Positions 42,354 to 52,654 are shown, numbered from the stretch's first letter. The stretch is 64,000 nucleotides of DNA from Demequina sp. (GCF_024642165.1 NZ_JAHEBP010000001.1:2044-66043), one strand, 5' to 3'. Notes: generated by a model not told the origin, from the sequence alone. Numbers and translations are program-made.

Positions 42354-43340
42354 TCACGCCTCACCCGACGCGGTACCGATGAGCGCCAACGTGAGCAGAG
42401 CCAGACGGTACCCCGGATCGGCGTCCAGGGCGATCTCGCACCACGAGCGCGCCGACGCCGCGTCACCGATCCACCATGCCAGCACGCCAAGCGTGGCGGC
42501 AGGCGGTGCGCTGAGCCGGGAAGGGGCGTGCGCGAGCACGTTCCTCAGCATCTCCCCCGCGGCGCAGGTGCGATCCGGGTCCGGCGGTCGCGACGGCCGC
42601 ATCCCCGATCCCAGCGAGGCGGCGATCGCCGCCGAGTCGCGCCCATCCAGGGCGTCATCCACCGCATCCTCGGCGCCGGGGATCAGCGCGAGCAGCACCG
42701 CGTCACGCACGCGCACGTCTCCCAGGCCGGCGGCGAGCCTGCCGAGCGGCGCGGGACCTCCGACGCCGTCGTCGAGCGCCACCAGCCACTCGTCCAGGGA
42801 CGACCGACGCCATCGCACCAGGTCTCGCGCCGCCCTGCCCTCGGCGCGGTTCGCGGCGCGGGCGCTCAGCCGTCGCGCCTCGGGCGCCGCACGCTTCCAG
42901 CCGGGAGAGCCAGCCCTCCACGTGCGCTCGCCGGGGTGCCCCGCGTCCGGGACGATGCGGCCGCCGGGCGGGCAGCAGCTCGGATCGGCGCAGTCCGGGC
43001 AGAAGTAGCGGCCGTCCACCACGAGCCACGATTCGACCTCGCCCACCGTGTCCGCGAGCGCGCCCGTCACTGCATCGATGGCCGCGCCGCACGCTGAGGC
43101 ATCGTCGAGAAACCCGAGCACCACCGCGCGGCGAGCGCCTTCCCGCACGGCGTGACGGGCGACGCCGAAGGCGATCTCGGGCGCGTCATCCGTGAGCAAG
43201 TCGCGGGCGTCGAGGCGGATCATCGCCGCCATCGCGCCTCGCTCCTTAACAAGCACCACGACCACGCTCTGGAAGGGCTCGAAGCCCAGCATCGAGGGGA
43301 TGAGGGCGACCAGTTCGCCCGGACCGGTGATCACTGTCAT
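42354..43340 (-). CDS. DUF4192 family protein
   Basis: GPGELVALIPSMLGFEP..SVV, CADPSCCPPGG, RDAVL, AWWIG, PGYRLA; usual position upstream of sigA. Confidence 0.88.
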   Translation of the reverse strand: MTVITGPGELVALIPSMLGFEPFQSVVVVLVKERGAMAAMIRLDARDLLTDDAPEIAFGVARHAVREGARRAVVLGFLDDASACGAAIDAVTGALADTVGEVESWLVVDGRYFCPDCADPSCCPPGGRIVPDAGHPGERTWRAGSPGWKRAAPEARRLSARAANRAEGRAARDLVRWRRSSLDEWLVALDDGVGGPAPLGRLAAGLGDVRVRDAVLLALIPGAEDAVDDALDGRDSAAIAASLGSGMRPSRPPDPDRTCAAGEMLRNVLAHAPSRLSAPPAATLGVLAWWIGDAASARSWCEIALDADPGYRLALLTLALIGTASGEA

Positions 43341-43458
43341 GACGTCAGCCTGCGACCGGCCACGCCGCGACCACGCGCCGGCGCCGGACTCCGGGGACGC
43401 GGCCTGTGACGACCCCGGCTGGGGACATCACGCCTCGTCGCCGCCGTACGCTGGCTCC

Positions 43459-44514
43459 ATGGACCACCAGCCGGATGACCCCCGCGCGGCGATCGCCGCC
43501 GACGTGGACCGCCTGCTCGCGTGGGCTCGCGCTGCGATGGCGCCGGCGGGGCCCGCTGCGGCCGATCTCGCGGAGCGGCTGGCGGCGTCCTCCGAAGGAG
43601 GCAAGGCCTTCCGAGGGCGCCTGCTGCTCGCGGCCTTCGAGGCCTGCGGCGGCACCGAGCGCGAGTCCGCCGTTCTCTTGGCGGCGGCGCTCGAGCTCTT
43701 CCAGACGGCCGCACTCATCCACGACGACGTTCTCGACGGGTCGGACACCCGGCGTGGCCGCCCGGCGGCGCACCGCGAGTTCGAGTCAGGACATCGGCGA
43801 GCCGGATGGCACGGCGACGCGGAGGCGTACGGTCGCGCCGGCGCCATCCTCGCCGGCGACGTCGCGCTCGTGGCCGCGCAGCGGGGGGCAACGCTCGCCG
43901 CGCGACGGGCGGGCGATGGGGTCGCCGACCTGTTCGACGAGATGGCGGTGCTGTGCACCGCCGGTCAGCACCTGGACATGCGCGTGGCCGCGTCGCCGCT
44001 GGCCTCGCTCCCCGCCCTCGAGGACGACATCCGCGCGACGATGCGGGCCAAGACCTCGTCCTATACCGCCGAGTTCCCGCTCGCGATGGGCGCCGCGGCG
44101 GCGGGTGCCGACGAGGCGACCATCCGGGCCCTGCGCGCCGCCGGAGTCCCGCTCGGGATCGCCTTCCAGCTCCGCGACGACGTGCTGGGGGTGACCGGAA
44201 GCCCCGACGTCACCGGCAAGCCGGTGGGCGACGATCTACGGGAGGGCAAACGCACTCTCCTGGTGTGGCATGCCGCCGCGCACGGCACCGCCGCGCAGCG
44301 CGACGCGGTGACCGCGGTGCTCGGCACGAGCGCGGCCCACGGCCGCGCGCTGGAGGATGCGTTGCTGGCGCTGGAGGAATCCGGCGCGCTCGCGTTCGTC
44401 GAGGCCGAGATCGAGCAGCATGCCGCGCTCGCGCGAGCGGCGCTCGACTCCGCGCTCGACGACGCCGGAGCCGTGCTGGCGCTGGTCGACGCCGCGATCG
44501 ACCGGAGCGCCTGA
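43459..44514 (+). CDS. idsA: Polyprenyl (geranylgeranyl) diphosphate synthase
   Basis: GGKAFR, IHDDVLDGSDTRRG, GQHLD, FQLRDDVLG, DDLREGK. Confidence 0.9.
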   Translation: MDHQPDDPRAAIAADVDRLLAWARAAMAPAGPAAADLAERLAASSEGGKAFRGRLLLAAFEACGGTERESAVLLAAALELFQTAALIHDDVLDGSDTRRGRPAAHREFESGHRRAGWHGDAEAYGRAGAILAGDVALVAAQRGATLAARRAGDGVADLFDEMAVLCTAGQHLDMRVAASPLASLPALEDDIRATMRAKTSSYTAEFPLAMGAAAAGADEATIRALRAAGVPLGIAFQLRDDVLGVTGSPDVTGKPVGDDLREGKRTLLVWHAAAHGTAAQRDAVTAVLGTSAAHGRALEDALLALEESGALAFVEAEIEQHAALARAALDSALDDAGAVLALVDAAIDRSA

Positions 44515-44539
44515 GGCCCGCTCCGCCCCTGCCAGGCGG

Positions 44540-44890
44540 CTAGAGAAGGGTCTGTGCGATGCGTCGGACGTGAGCCCGGCGGCCCTCGCGCAGCGCGTCC
44601 AGGGGCGACATCCCCAGCTCGGGCTCGTCAGCGAGCAGCCACTCGATGCTCTCCTCGTCGCGAAACCCGGCGTCACGGAGCAGCGTGAGCGTGCCGCGCA
44701 GGGTGGCCAGCACCTCCGGGCCGTCCTCGCCCTCGACGATCACGCCGGCGGGCACCTGCAAGATCTGCCGTTCGCCTCTGCGCATCGCGACCACTTCGCC
44801 CTCACGGACCATCTCGCGCACACGACTGGCGGTGATGCCCAGTCGGTCGGCGAAGTCGGGCACGGTCAGCCAGGCGGCGTCCTCGGTCAT
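44540..44890 (-). CDS. Rv2175c-family DNA-binding protein
   Basis: WLTVPDFADRLG wHTH, LRGTLTLLRDAGF..EESIEWL, SPLDALR. Confidence 0.88.
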   Translation of the reverse strand: MTEDAAWLTVPDFADRLGITASRVREMVREGEVVAMRRGERQILQVPAGVIVEGEDGPEVLATLRGTLTLLRDAGFRDEESIEWLLADEPELGMSPLDALREGRRAHVRRIAQTLL

Positions 44891-44947
44891 GGGCTCAGCG
44901 TACCGAGGGTGGCGAGAGCCCTTGCCACGCAGGCTCACCCGGGCTAA

Positions 44948-44983
44948 CGTCACATCTGTCACATCCGCCACATCAGGCACACC
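44948..44983 (+). repeat. Four 9-bp tandem repeats upstream of the LysM hydrolase gene
   Basis: CGTCACATC TGTCACATC CGCCACATC AGGCACACC. Confidence 0.7.
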
Positions 44984-45002
44984 CGTCCCGCAGGAGGAGC
45001 GC

Positions 45003-46142
45003 ATGCCCGGACTGTCACCCGCCACCGGATCCGTCGCGGTGCGCGCGGCGCTCGGGGCCGCGCTCGCTGGCGTGATCGCCGTCGCCGCTGCCGCGCCCGC
45101 GGCCGCAGACGAGCGTCACCGCGTCGAGCCCGGCGACACCGTGTCCGCGCTCGCGCACCGCTATGGGGCAACCGTCAGCGCGATTTCGGCCGCCAACGGC
45201 CTCGACTCGCGCGCGACCATCTACGTGGGCCGCACCCTGGTGATCCCCTCCACCAAGGCGACCGCCGCGCCGAAGGCGAAGTCGGCGACCCACGTGGTCG
45301 CGTCCGGCGACACCGTCTGGGCGCTCGCGCAGCGCTACGACGTCAGCGTGCGCGCGATCGTCGCCGCGAACGGCCTCTCCGCGAACGCGCTGATCCGCCT
45401 GGGGCAGCGCCTCACGATTCCCGGTGGCGGCTCCGCCGCCGTCGCCACACCCAGCTCGATGCCCGCCGCGAAGGCTCCGGCCGCGAAGGCTCCCGCCGCC
45501 TATACCGTTCGCCCCGGCGACACCTTGTCCGCGATCGCGGCTCGCAACGGCACCACGGTCGCCGCCCTGGCGCGCGCCAACTCGCTGGCGAACCCGTCGC
45601 TCATCAGGGTGGGGCAGCGACTCACCATCCCGGGTGGCGCCGCGGCGGCCACGGGCCTCGTGGGAGACACGTTCCTGGGCCGGACCTACCCCAAGGATGT
45701 GGTGGCGGCCGCGAATCAGAACAAGGCGGCGCTCCTCGCGACGGAGGTCCCTTCCCGTGCCGAAATGCGCCGGCTGGTGGCGTCGACCGCGCGCCGCTTC
45801 GGCGTGGACCCGGCGCTCGCGCAGGCGGTGGCGTATCAGGAGTCCGGCTTCAACATGCGCGCGGTCTCCCCCGCCAACGCGATCGGCGTGATGCAGGTGA
45901 TCCCCACGTCGGGCGAGTGGGCGTCCGACATGGCCGGCCGCCGCCTCGACCTGCTGGATCCCGAGGACAACGTGCTTGCCGGCGTCCTGATCCTGCGGTC
46001 GCTGACCCGCTCGTTCGACCGGCTCGACCACGCCATCGGCGGGTACTACCAGGGCGGAGCAGCGGTGCGGAAGCACGGCCTGTATCCGGGCACGGTCACC
46101 TACGTGTCGAGCGTCAAGTCCCTCATGTCGCGCTTCGCGTGA
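45003..46142 (+). CDS. Secreted 3xLysM + lytic transglycosylase (SLT) peptidoglycan hydrolase
   Basis: AGGAGGAG RBS; signal peptide; three V..GDT LysM repeats; AYQESGF, AIGVMQV, GYYQG. Confidence 0.92.
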   Translation: MPGLSPATGSVAVRAALGAALAGVIAVAAAAPAAADERHRVEPGDTVSALAHRYGATVSAISAANGLDSRATIYVGRTLVIPSTKATAAPKAKSATHVVASGDTVWALAQRYDVSVRAIVAANGLSANALIRLGQRLTIPGGGSAAVATPSSMPAAKAPAAKAPAAYTVRPGDTLSAIAARNGTTVAALARANSLANPSLIRVGQRLTIPGGAAAATGLVGDTFLGRTYPKDVVAAANQNKAALLATEVPSRAEMRRLVASTARRFGVDPALAQAVAYQESGFNMRAVSPANAIGVMQVIPTSGEWASDMAGRRLDLLDPEDNVLAGVLILRSLTRSFDRLDHAIGGYYQGGAAVRKHGLYPGTVTYVSSVKSLMSRFA

Positions 46143-46243
46143 CGATGCGGCGGGTGCCTCGATGAGCGCGCCGCACCGGCGCGCCGCGCCGCGCCGGGGA
46201 CGGGCCGCTGAACCCGCGCCGTGGGGCGCCTAGAATGGCCAGC

Positions 46244-48202
46244 GTGTCCGACACCCTCACCGATCCCCTCCTCGGCCGCGTCATCGACGGCCGCTACGAG
46301 GTGCGCGAGCGTGTGGCGGCAGGCGGCATGGCCACCGTGTACCTGGCGTTCGATCGCCGGCTCGAACGAGACGTGGCGCTCAAGGTCATGCACCGGCACT
46401 TGGAGATCGATCCGAACTCGAAGGAGATCGTCGCGCGGTTCCGACGCGAGGCGAAGGCCGCGGCCCGACTGACTCATCCCGGCATCGTGCGGGTGTACGA
46501 CCAAGGCGTGGACGAGGACGTCTCGTACCTGACCATGGAGTTCGTCGACGGCGAGAACCTTCGGGAGCGGATGGCGCACGAGGGCACGCTGTCGCTCGGG
46601 GAGTCCCTGACCACCCTCGACCACGTCCTGGATGCCCTCGCGTCAGCGCACCGACAAGGCCTGGTGCATCAGGACGTCAAGCCCGAGAACGTGCTCATCG
46701 ACACCGAGGGCCGCCCTCGCGTGGCGGACTTCGGGCTCGCGCGGGCTGTCACCGAGGTCACGTCGACCACCTCGGGCACGATCCTCGGGACCGTGGCGTA
46801 TCTGGGTCCCGAGCTCATCACCCAAGGCGTCTCCGACGCTCGCACCGACGTGTACGCGGCAGGGGTGCTGCTCTACGAGATGATCACCGGACGGCAGCCT
46901 CACACGGGCGCCACGGCGATACAGGTCGCGACGATGCACGTCCATGAGGACATCCCGGCCGCCTCGTCGGTGGTGCCGTGGCTGCCGCCCGAGATCGACG
47001 AGCTGGTCGCGACGCTCACCGCGCGCGACCCCGACGGGCGGCCCGCGGACGCGTCTGCGGCGCTCGCCTTGGTGCGTCAGACCCGCAGCCTGCTCGACGA
47101 CCCGACCCTCGACCGGCGCGCGGACCCCCCGTCGGGCGCGATCGCCACCGTGGATGACCCGGACGCGACCGCCGTGCTCCGCCCCGCGGCCTCGGGCTCG
47201 ACCGTCGCGCTGCCCATCGGGCTCGGCCATCGGTTCCCCACCGTCGGTACCGAGCTCGAACCGCTCCCGGATGAGGACCCCGAGGCCAAGGAGCCGCAGC
47301 GCTCCGACCGCCGCGCCGGGTGGTGGATCGCGGCCATCGTGGTCGCCTTCCTGGTGCTCGGCGGCGGTGGACTCTGGTGGTACAACTCGATCGGCCCGGG
47401 TGCCTACACCACTGTCCCGCCCGTCGACGGAGAGACCCTCGAGAACGCGCAGGCGCTCGTCGAGGGTGCCGGGCTCGTGGCCGAGGTCGAGGAGGCCTAC
47501 TACGACGAGGTGCCGGAGGGATTCGTCGCTTCCACCGATCCCAACGCGCAGCAGCGCGTCGCCAACGGCTCGACGGTGACGCTCAGCGTGTCGCTCGGCC
47601 CGCGCATGGAGACGGTGCCCGATGTGGTGGGCGGCGCCCGTGACGCGGCGGAGGCGACGCTCACCGACCTCGGATTCCCGCTCGGCGAGGTGACCACCAC
47701 GTACTCGGACACCGTTCCTGCGGGAGAGGTCATGTCGGTGACACCCGCCGCGGGCGAGACGGTGATCCTGCACAGCACCGAGATCGTGCTCGAGGTCTCG
47801 GCGGGCCCCGAGCCCATCGTCGTCCCCGACGTCACAGGCATGTCGCTCAAGGACGCCCAGGCCGAGCTGGCCAAGGACAACCTGGATGTGACGGTCGCGA
47901 CCGAGCGCACCGACGAGGCGCGCAAGGGCGAGGTGTTCCGACAGAGCCCCGAGGCTGGGGCCGATGCGTTCCGCACCGGCGCGATCACCATCACGGTGTC
48001 CGACGGACCGCCGCTGGTCACCGTCGACGACTACGTGGGCCTCGGGGTGGACGCCGCGGAGAAGGCTGCGAAGGCGGACGGCCTCAAGGTCACGCTGTAC
48101 TCCAAGTGGCCATGGAGCACCAAGAACTCGATCGTGGATCAGTCCCTGGTTCCCGGGGCGCAGGTGGAGAAGAACACCTCCATCGTCCTCATCTACAACT
48201 GA
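46244..48202 (+). CDS. pknL: PASTA-domain Ser/Thr protein kinase (PknL/PknB type)
   Basis: GGMATVY, VALK, HQDVKPEN, DFG, TM, about 4 PASTA repeats; adjacent to Rv2175c-like and DAHP synthase genes; start GTG 46244 (7 nt after TAGAAT) or ATG 46235. Confidence 0.88.
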   Translation: MSDTLTDPLLGRVIDGRYEVRERVAAGGMATVYLAFDRRLERDVALKVMHRHLEIDPNSKEIVARFRREAKAAARLTHPGIVRVYDQGVDEDVSYLTMEFVDGENLRERMAHEGTLSLGESLTTLDHVLDALASAHRQGLVHQDVKPENVLIDTEGRPRVADFGLARAVTEVTSTTSGTILGTVAYLGPELITQGVSDARTDVYAAGVLLYEMITGRQPHTGATAIQVATMHVHEDIPAASSVVPWLPPEIDELVATLTARDPDGRPADASAALALVRQTRSLLDDPTLDRRADPPSGAIATVDDPDATAVLRPAASGSTVALPIGLGHRFPTVGTELEPLPDEDPEAKEPQRSDRRAGWWIAAIVVAFLVLGGGGLWWYNSIGPGAYTTVPPVDGETLENAQALVEGAGLVAEVEEAYYDEVPEGFVASTDPNAQQRVANGSTVTLSVSLGPRMETVPDVVGGARDAAEATLTDLGFPLGEVTTTYSDTVPAGEVMSVTPAAGETVILHSTEIVLEVSAGPEPIVVPDVTGMSLKDAQAELAKDNLDVTVATERTDEARKGEVFRQSPEAGADAFRTGAITITVSDGPPLVTVDDYVGLGVDAAEKAAKADGLKVTLYSKWPWSTKNSIVDQSLVPGAQVEKNTSIVLIYN

Positions 48203-48216
48203 CCCCTCGGGGTCGG

Positions 48217-49599
48217 TCAGGCGAGGTCCTCGCTGAGCCGCGGGTGAGCGGCGTTGTGCTTCGCGAGCAGGTCCGCCACCTGGAACGCCATCTCGAGCGA
48301 CTGCTGGTGGTTGAGCCGAGGATCGACCTTCGTCTCGTAGCGCTGCGCCAGACCCTCGTCGTCGATCTGTTCCGTGCCGCCCAGAACCTCGGTGACGTCG
48401 TCGCCCGTGAGCTCGACGTGGAGACCGCCGGGAACGGTGCCGAGGGCCTCGTGGACCTCGAAGAACCCGGTGACCTCGTCCAGGATGGTGTCGAAGTCCC
48501 GCGTCTTGTACCCGGAATCGGACGTGAAGGTGTTGCCGTGCATCGGATCGGTGAGCCAGGTCACCGCGACTCCCGAGTCACGCACTCCCTCCACGATCGA
48601 CGGCAGCGCATCGCGCACCCTGTCAGCGCCCATGCGAGCGACGAAGGTGAGGCGGCCCGGCGCGTTGTCGGGGTTGAGGCGCTCGGCAAGGCTGATCGCG
48701 TCGGCCGACGTGGCGGACGGACCCAGCTTGACGGCGAGCGGGTTCTGAAGCTTCGACAGGAACTCGACGTGCGCGCCGTCGAGCTGACGGGTGCGCTCGC
48801 CGATCCACAGGAAGTGCGCCGAGCACCCGTAGGCGAGGCCCGACCGCGAGTCGATGCGCGTGAGCGCCCGCTCGTAGTCCAGCAGCAGCGCCTCGTGGCT
48901 CGAGAACAGCTCCACGGTCTTGAGCGCGTCGAAGTCACCGCCGGCGGCCGCCATGAAGCGAACGGCGCGGTCGATCTCCGCGGCGAACTGCTCGTACTTG
49001 GCGTAGGCGGGGTTGGCCGCGAAGCCCTTGTTCCACTGGTGGACCCGGCGAAGGTCGGCGAAGCCACCCTGCGTGAAGGCGCGGATGAGATTCAGGGTCG
49101 AGGCCGACACGTGGTAGGCGTCCACCAACCGGTCCGGGTTGGGGATGCGCGACGCCTCCGTGAACAGCGAAGAGTTGACGATGTCGCCGCGGTAGACCGG
49201 CAGGGTGACGCCGTCCCTCGTCTCCTCGTCCGCGGAGCGGGGCTTCGCGTACTGACCCGCCATGCGACCGATCTTCACGACCGGCATGGACGCGCCATAG
49301 GTGAGGATCACGGCCATCTGCAGGATGGTCTTGATCTTGTTGCGGATGCGATCCGCGGTCGCCTCGGCGAAGATCTCCGCGCAGTCGCCGCCCTGGAGCA
49401 CGAAGGCATCGCCGCGGGACGCCGCGGCCAAGTGCGCGCGCAGCTTGTCGGCCTCCCCCGCGAACACCAGCGGGGGGACCTGCTTCAGGCGGTCCGTCGC
49501 GCGCTTCAGCGCGACGTCATCCGGCCATTGCGGCTGCTGCCTCGCCTCCTTCGAGAGGTACGAGTCGACACCCGCCGCCGTGAGGGCAGCTTCCGTCAT
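48217..49599 (-). CDS. aroG: Class II DAHP synthase
   Basis: QGGDCAE, GRMAGQYAKPRS, WIGERTRQ, DPMHGNT, DPRLN. Confidence 0.95.
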   Translation of the reverse strand: MTEAALTAAGVDSYLSKEARQQPQWPDDVALKRATDRLKQVPPLVFAGEADKLRAHLAAASRGDAFVLQGGDCAEIFAEATADRIRNKIKTILQMAVILTYGASMPVVKIGRMAGQYAKPRSADEETRDGVTLPVYRGDIVNSSLFTEASRIPNPDRLVDAYHVSASTLNLIRAFTQGGFADLRRVHQWNKGFAANPAYAKYEQFAAEIDRAVRFMAAAGGDFDALKTVELFSSHEALLLDYERALTRIDSRSGLAYGCSAHFLWIGERTRQLDGAHVEFLSKLQNPLAVKLGPSATSADAISLAERLNPDNAPGRLTFVARMGADRVRDALPSIVEGVRDSGVAVTWLTDPMHGNTFTSDSGYKTRDFDTILDEVTGFFEVHEALGTVPGGLHVELTGDDVTEVLGGTEQIDDEGLAQRYETKVDPRLNHQQSLEMAFQVADLLAKHNAAHPRLSEDLA

Positions 49600-49603
49600 G
49601 CGG

Positions 49604-50803
49604 CTATGCCTGACCGATCGCGTGAAGCGTGTCCACGTACCACGGGGTGGAGACGTCGAACGGCTTGTGGCCGGCGATGCGCGGGAAGGCGATCGCCTTG
49701 AGCCTGCCGCCGTCCTCCTCGTCGTGACCCACCACGCCCGCCTCGCCGCGCAGCGCGCACTCCACCGCGTAGTCGGTCATGGACTTGATCAGGCGCAGGT
49801 CCTCCGTGTTCGCACGAGCGGAGCGCGAGAAGTAGCCGGACTTCTGCACCATGACCTTCTCGGCGCCGAGCCGCTGCGCGAACTGCTGCGCAAACCAGTT
49901 GCCGGGGTTGATCTCGTCCAGTCGGACGTGGCCGAACGGGTCGCGCTTGACGTCGATGCCGGCCTCCTCCATCTCCTTCACGATCTCGGGCACACCGGCG
50001 CCCTCGGACAGGAAGATGTTGACGTTGCCCACAGAGTCCATGACGGCCTTGAGGCGGTCGGCCTCGGCGTCGAGGTCGATCGGGGACTCGGGCACGTACA
50101 GCGCGTGGATGTCCCAGCTGTCCTTGGTGAGACCGATGCCCGGGACCCACTCGCGGGTGTCGAGCCACTCGCGGTACTTCTTGGCCGAGGCGGCGGTGAG
50201 CCAGCCGCAGGCGCGACCCATGACCTCGTGGACGATGAGCATCCGCGGGCCGGAGCGGTGCTCGCCGATCACGTTCTGGGCGAACACCGATGCCTGCTCG
50301 GCGGCCGACCAGGCGCCCAGCGACTGCCTGATCGGCACGATGTCGTTGTCGATGGTCTTCGGGAGTCCCACCACGGTCAGGGGGTAGCCGTTGGCCTCGA
50401 GGTACGCGGCGAGGTCGGCGGCGGTGGTGTTCGTGTCGTCTCCGCCGATGGTGTGCAGCACATCGACTCCGTCGGCCTTGAGCTGCTCGGCGGCGACGGC
50501 GAGCGGGTCCTCGCCCTCCTGCACCAGGCCCCTCTTGACGCAGTCCGCGACGTTGGTGAGCTTGACGCGCGAGTTGCCGATCGGCGAGCCCCCGAACTCG
50601 TGGAGGATCCCGGCCTTCTCCCGCACATCGTCACCGATGACGATCTTCTTGCCCTGCAGCAGGCCCCAGTATCCGTGCTGGTAGGCGATGATCTCGATCT
50701 CCGGCGCGATCTCGCTGTACCGGCCGATGAGGCCGCCGACGGCGGACGAGAGGCAAGGGGCGAATCCCCCCGCGGTCAGAAGGGCTACGCGGCGAACCGA
50801 CAT
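49604..50803 (-). CDS. pfp: Pyrophosphate-dependent phosphofructokinase
   Basis: TAGGFAPC, IGGDDT (PPi-type Asp), PKTIDND, EVMGR. Confidence 0.93.
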   Translation of the reverse strand: MSVRRVALLTAGGFAPCLSSAVGGLIGRYSEIAPEIEIIAYQHGYWGLLQGKKIVIGDDVREKAGILHEFGGSPIGNSRVKLTNVADCVKRGLVQEGEDPLAVAAEQLKADGVDVLHTIGGDDTNTTAADLAAYLEANGYPLTVVGLPKTIDNDIVPIRQSLGAWSAAEQASVFAQNVIGEHRSGPRMLIVHEVMGRACGWLTAASAKKYREWLDTREWVPGIGLTKDSWDIHALYVPESPIDLDAEADRLKAVMDSVGNVNIFLSEGAGVPEIVKEMEEAGIDVKRDPFGHVRLDEINPGNWFAQQFAQRLGAEKVMVQKSGYFSRSARANTEDLRLIKSMTDYAVECALRGEAGVVGHDEEDGGRLKAIAFPRIAGHKPFDVSTPWYVDTLHAIGQA

Positions 50804-50885
50804 GACGGACCTTTCGTCGTATGACTCGTGGATTTGGTGCTCATTCTAGGCGCGCGCGCCCGTACGCCCGACCGGGACGCTGGAC

Positions 50886-51599
50886 CTACTGCCCCGCCTC
50901 CGGCTGCTGACGCTTGAGGAGTTCGCGCTTGACGATCCCGGCGTCGCGGTCGACGTACTCCTGACCCGACAGTGCGCGGATCCGCTCCATGATCGTGTCC
51001 GTCGCCTCGCGCAGCGCCGTGCGGTCGTCCTGCCGGCCGTTGTACGCGGACAGGTCGAGCGGCTCACCGATTCGAACCCCGATCGGGTGTCGGAACGGCA
51101 CCTTCTGGCCGATGGGCTGGGCGATGTGCGTATCGATCATCGCCACGGGGATCACGGGGGCACCCGATTCGATGGCCAGCCTCGCCGCACCGGTCTTACC
51201 CCGATAGAGGGCCCCGTCGGGGCTGCGGGTGCCCTCGGGGTAGATGCCCAGGAGCTCGCCGCCCTGGAGCACCTGGAGGCCGGTGCGGAGCGCCGCCTCA
51301 GACGCCCGTCCGCCGCCGCGGTGAACCGGGATGGTTCCGACGCCCTCCATGAACACCCTCGTCGCGTAGCCCTTGGGGCCCTTGCCCGTGAAGTACTCGG
51401 ACTTGCCCAGGAACACCACCTTGCGCGTGATCACGAGCGGCAGGAACACGGAATCCGAGAAGGACAGGTGGTTGGACGCAAGGATCGCGGCGCCTTCGTC
51501 GGGGACGTTCTCCACGCCCTCGACCCATGGCTTGTAGTACGCCTTGACGCCGGGGCCGATCAGGACGTGCTTGAAAAGTCGGTAATAGGTGTCGCTCAT
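50886..51599 (-). CDS. plsC: 1-acyl-sn-glycerol-3-phosphate acyltransferase
   Basis: NHLSFSD, YPEGTRS motifs. Confidence 0.92.
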   Translation of the reverse strand: MSDTYYRLFKHVLIGPGVKAYYKPWVEGVENVPDEGAAILASNHLSFSDSVFLPLVITRKVVFLGKSEYFTGKGPKGYATRVFMEGVGTIPVHRGGGRASEAALRTGLQVLQGGELLGIYPEGTRSPDGALYRGKTGAARLAIESGAPVIPVAMIDTHIAQPIGQKVPFRHPIGVRIGEPLDLSAYNGRQDDRTALREATDTIMERIRALSGQEYVDRDAGIVKRELLKRQQPEAGQ

Positions 51600-51605
51600 G
51601 GGGTC

Positions 51606-52568
51606 CTAGATGTAGGCGGATGCGATCCGGGCCAGGTCTGCGGCACCGACGATACCCGCATCGTTGCCCATCTCTGCGGAGACGATGGGCACGATGGGCC
51701 GGTGACCACGGGCGGGAAGGTTCTCCTCGAACGCTTCGCGAGCGGGCACGAGCAGGAGGTCGCCGGCGGCGATGACGCCTCCGCCGATCACGAACAGCTC
51801 GGGGTCGAGGGCCGCAGCGAGCGACGCCGAGCCCTCGCCGATCCATCCGCCCAGCTCCGCGAGCAGCTCGATGCCGAGCTCGTCACCGTCGACGGCCGCC
51901 TGCGTGACATGAGGACCCGTGACCGCCGCGGCATCCCCGCCGGCGAGCTCCAGCAATGCGGCGGCGCGCACGGAGCGCTCGACGGCGGCGCGGCGCGCCT
52001 CACGCGTCAGCGCGGAACCGGAAGCGTACTGCTCCCAGCACCCGCGCAGGCCGCACCCGCACGGGTGACCGCCGGGAACCACCCGCAGATGACCCAGCTC
52101 GGCCGCGAACCCGTAGGCGCCCCTCACCAGCTTCCCGTCCACCACGAGGGCGGCGCCAAGGCCCGTGCCGATCGTCAGCAGCACCATGTGCTTGACGTCC
52201 CGCGCGGCGCCGAACGCGAATTCGGCCCAGCCCGCCGCGTTCGCATCGTTCTCCACCACCACGGCGACATCGTCACGGCCGATGAGCGCCCTGACATTCG
52301 CGGCGAGCGGATAGTCGCGCCACGCGATGTTGGGCGCGAACAGCACGTGCTCCTGATCGGAGGAGACGAAGCCCGCGGCCGCAAGGCCCACCGCGTGGAA
52401 GTCGTGCTCGGCACCGAGCTCGGCGACGGCGTCCGCGATCGCGGCGTCGATGCCGGCGGGATCCTGAGGTTTGGTCTTTCGCTTGGTCTTCGCAACGATC
52501 GTGCCGTGCTCGTCGACGACTCCCACGGCGATCTTGGTGCCGCCGATGTCTACGCCGATCGCATGCAT
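51606..52568 (-). CDS. glk: ROK family glucokinase
   Basis: GVDIGGTK, ENDANAA, GTGLG, ELGH..CGCG..GCWE. Confidence 0.93.
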   Translation of the reverse strand: MHAIGVDIGGTKIAVGVVDEHGTIVAKTKRKTKPQDPAGIDAAIADAVAELGAEHDFHAVGLAAAGFVSSDQEHVLFAPNIAWRDYPLAANVRALIGRDDVAVVVENDANAAGWAEFAFGAARDVKHMVLLTIGTGLGAALVVDGKLVRGAYGFAAELGHLRVVPGGHPCGCGLRGCWEQYASGSALTREARRAAVERSVRAAALLELAGGDAAAVTGPHVTQAAVDGDELGIELLAELGGWIGEGSASLAAALDPELFVIGGGVIAAGDLLLVPAREAFEENLPARGHRPIVPIVSAEMGNDAGIVGAADLARIASAYI

Positions 52569-52654
52569 TCTCTGTCGCCTTCCGATACGCGCCTGGGACT
52601 TCCACAAGGCTATCTTGTGAGGAGTCCCGACTCCTGCCAACGGAGGCAATCGTC

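Noticed and set aside
45462-45500. PAAKA repeats in the LysM protein
   Set aside because: Ordinary low-complexity interdomain linker
52211-52224. LexA-box-like CGAAC-N4-ATTCG
   Set aside because: Imperfect, inside the glk coding sequence and not near a promoter
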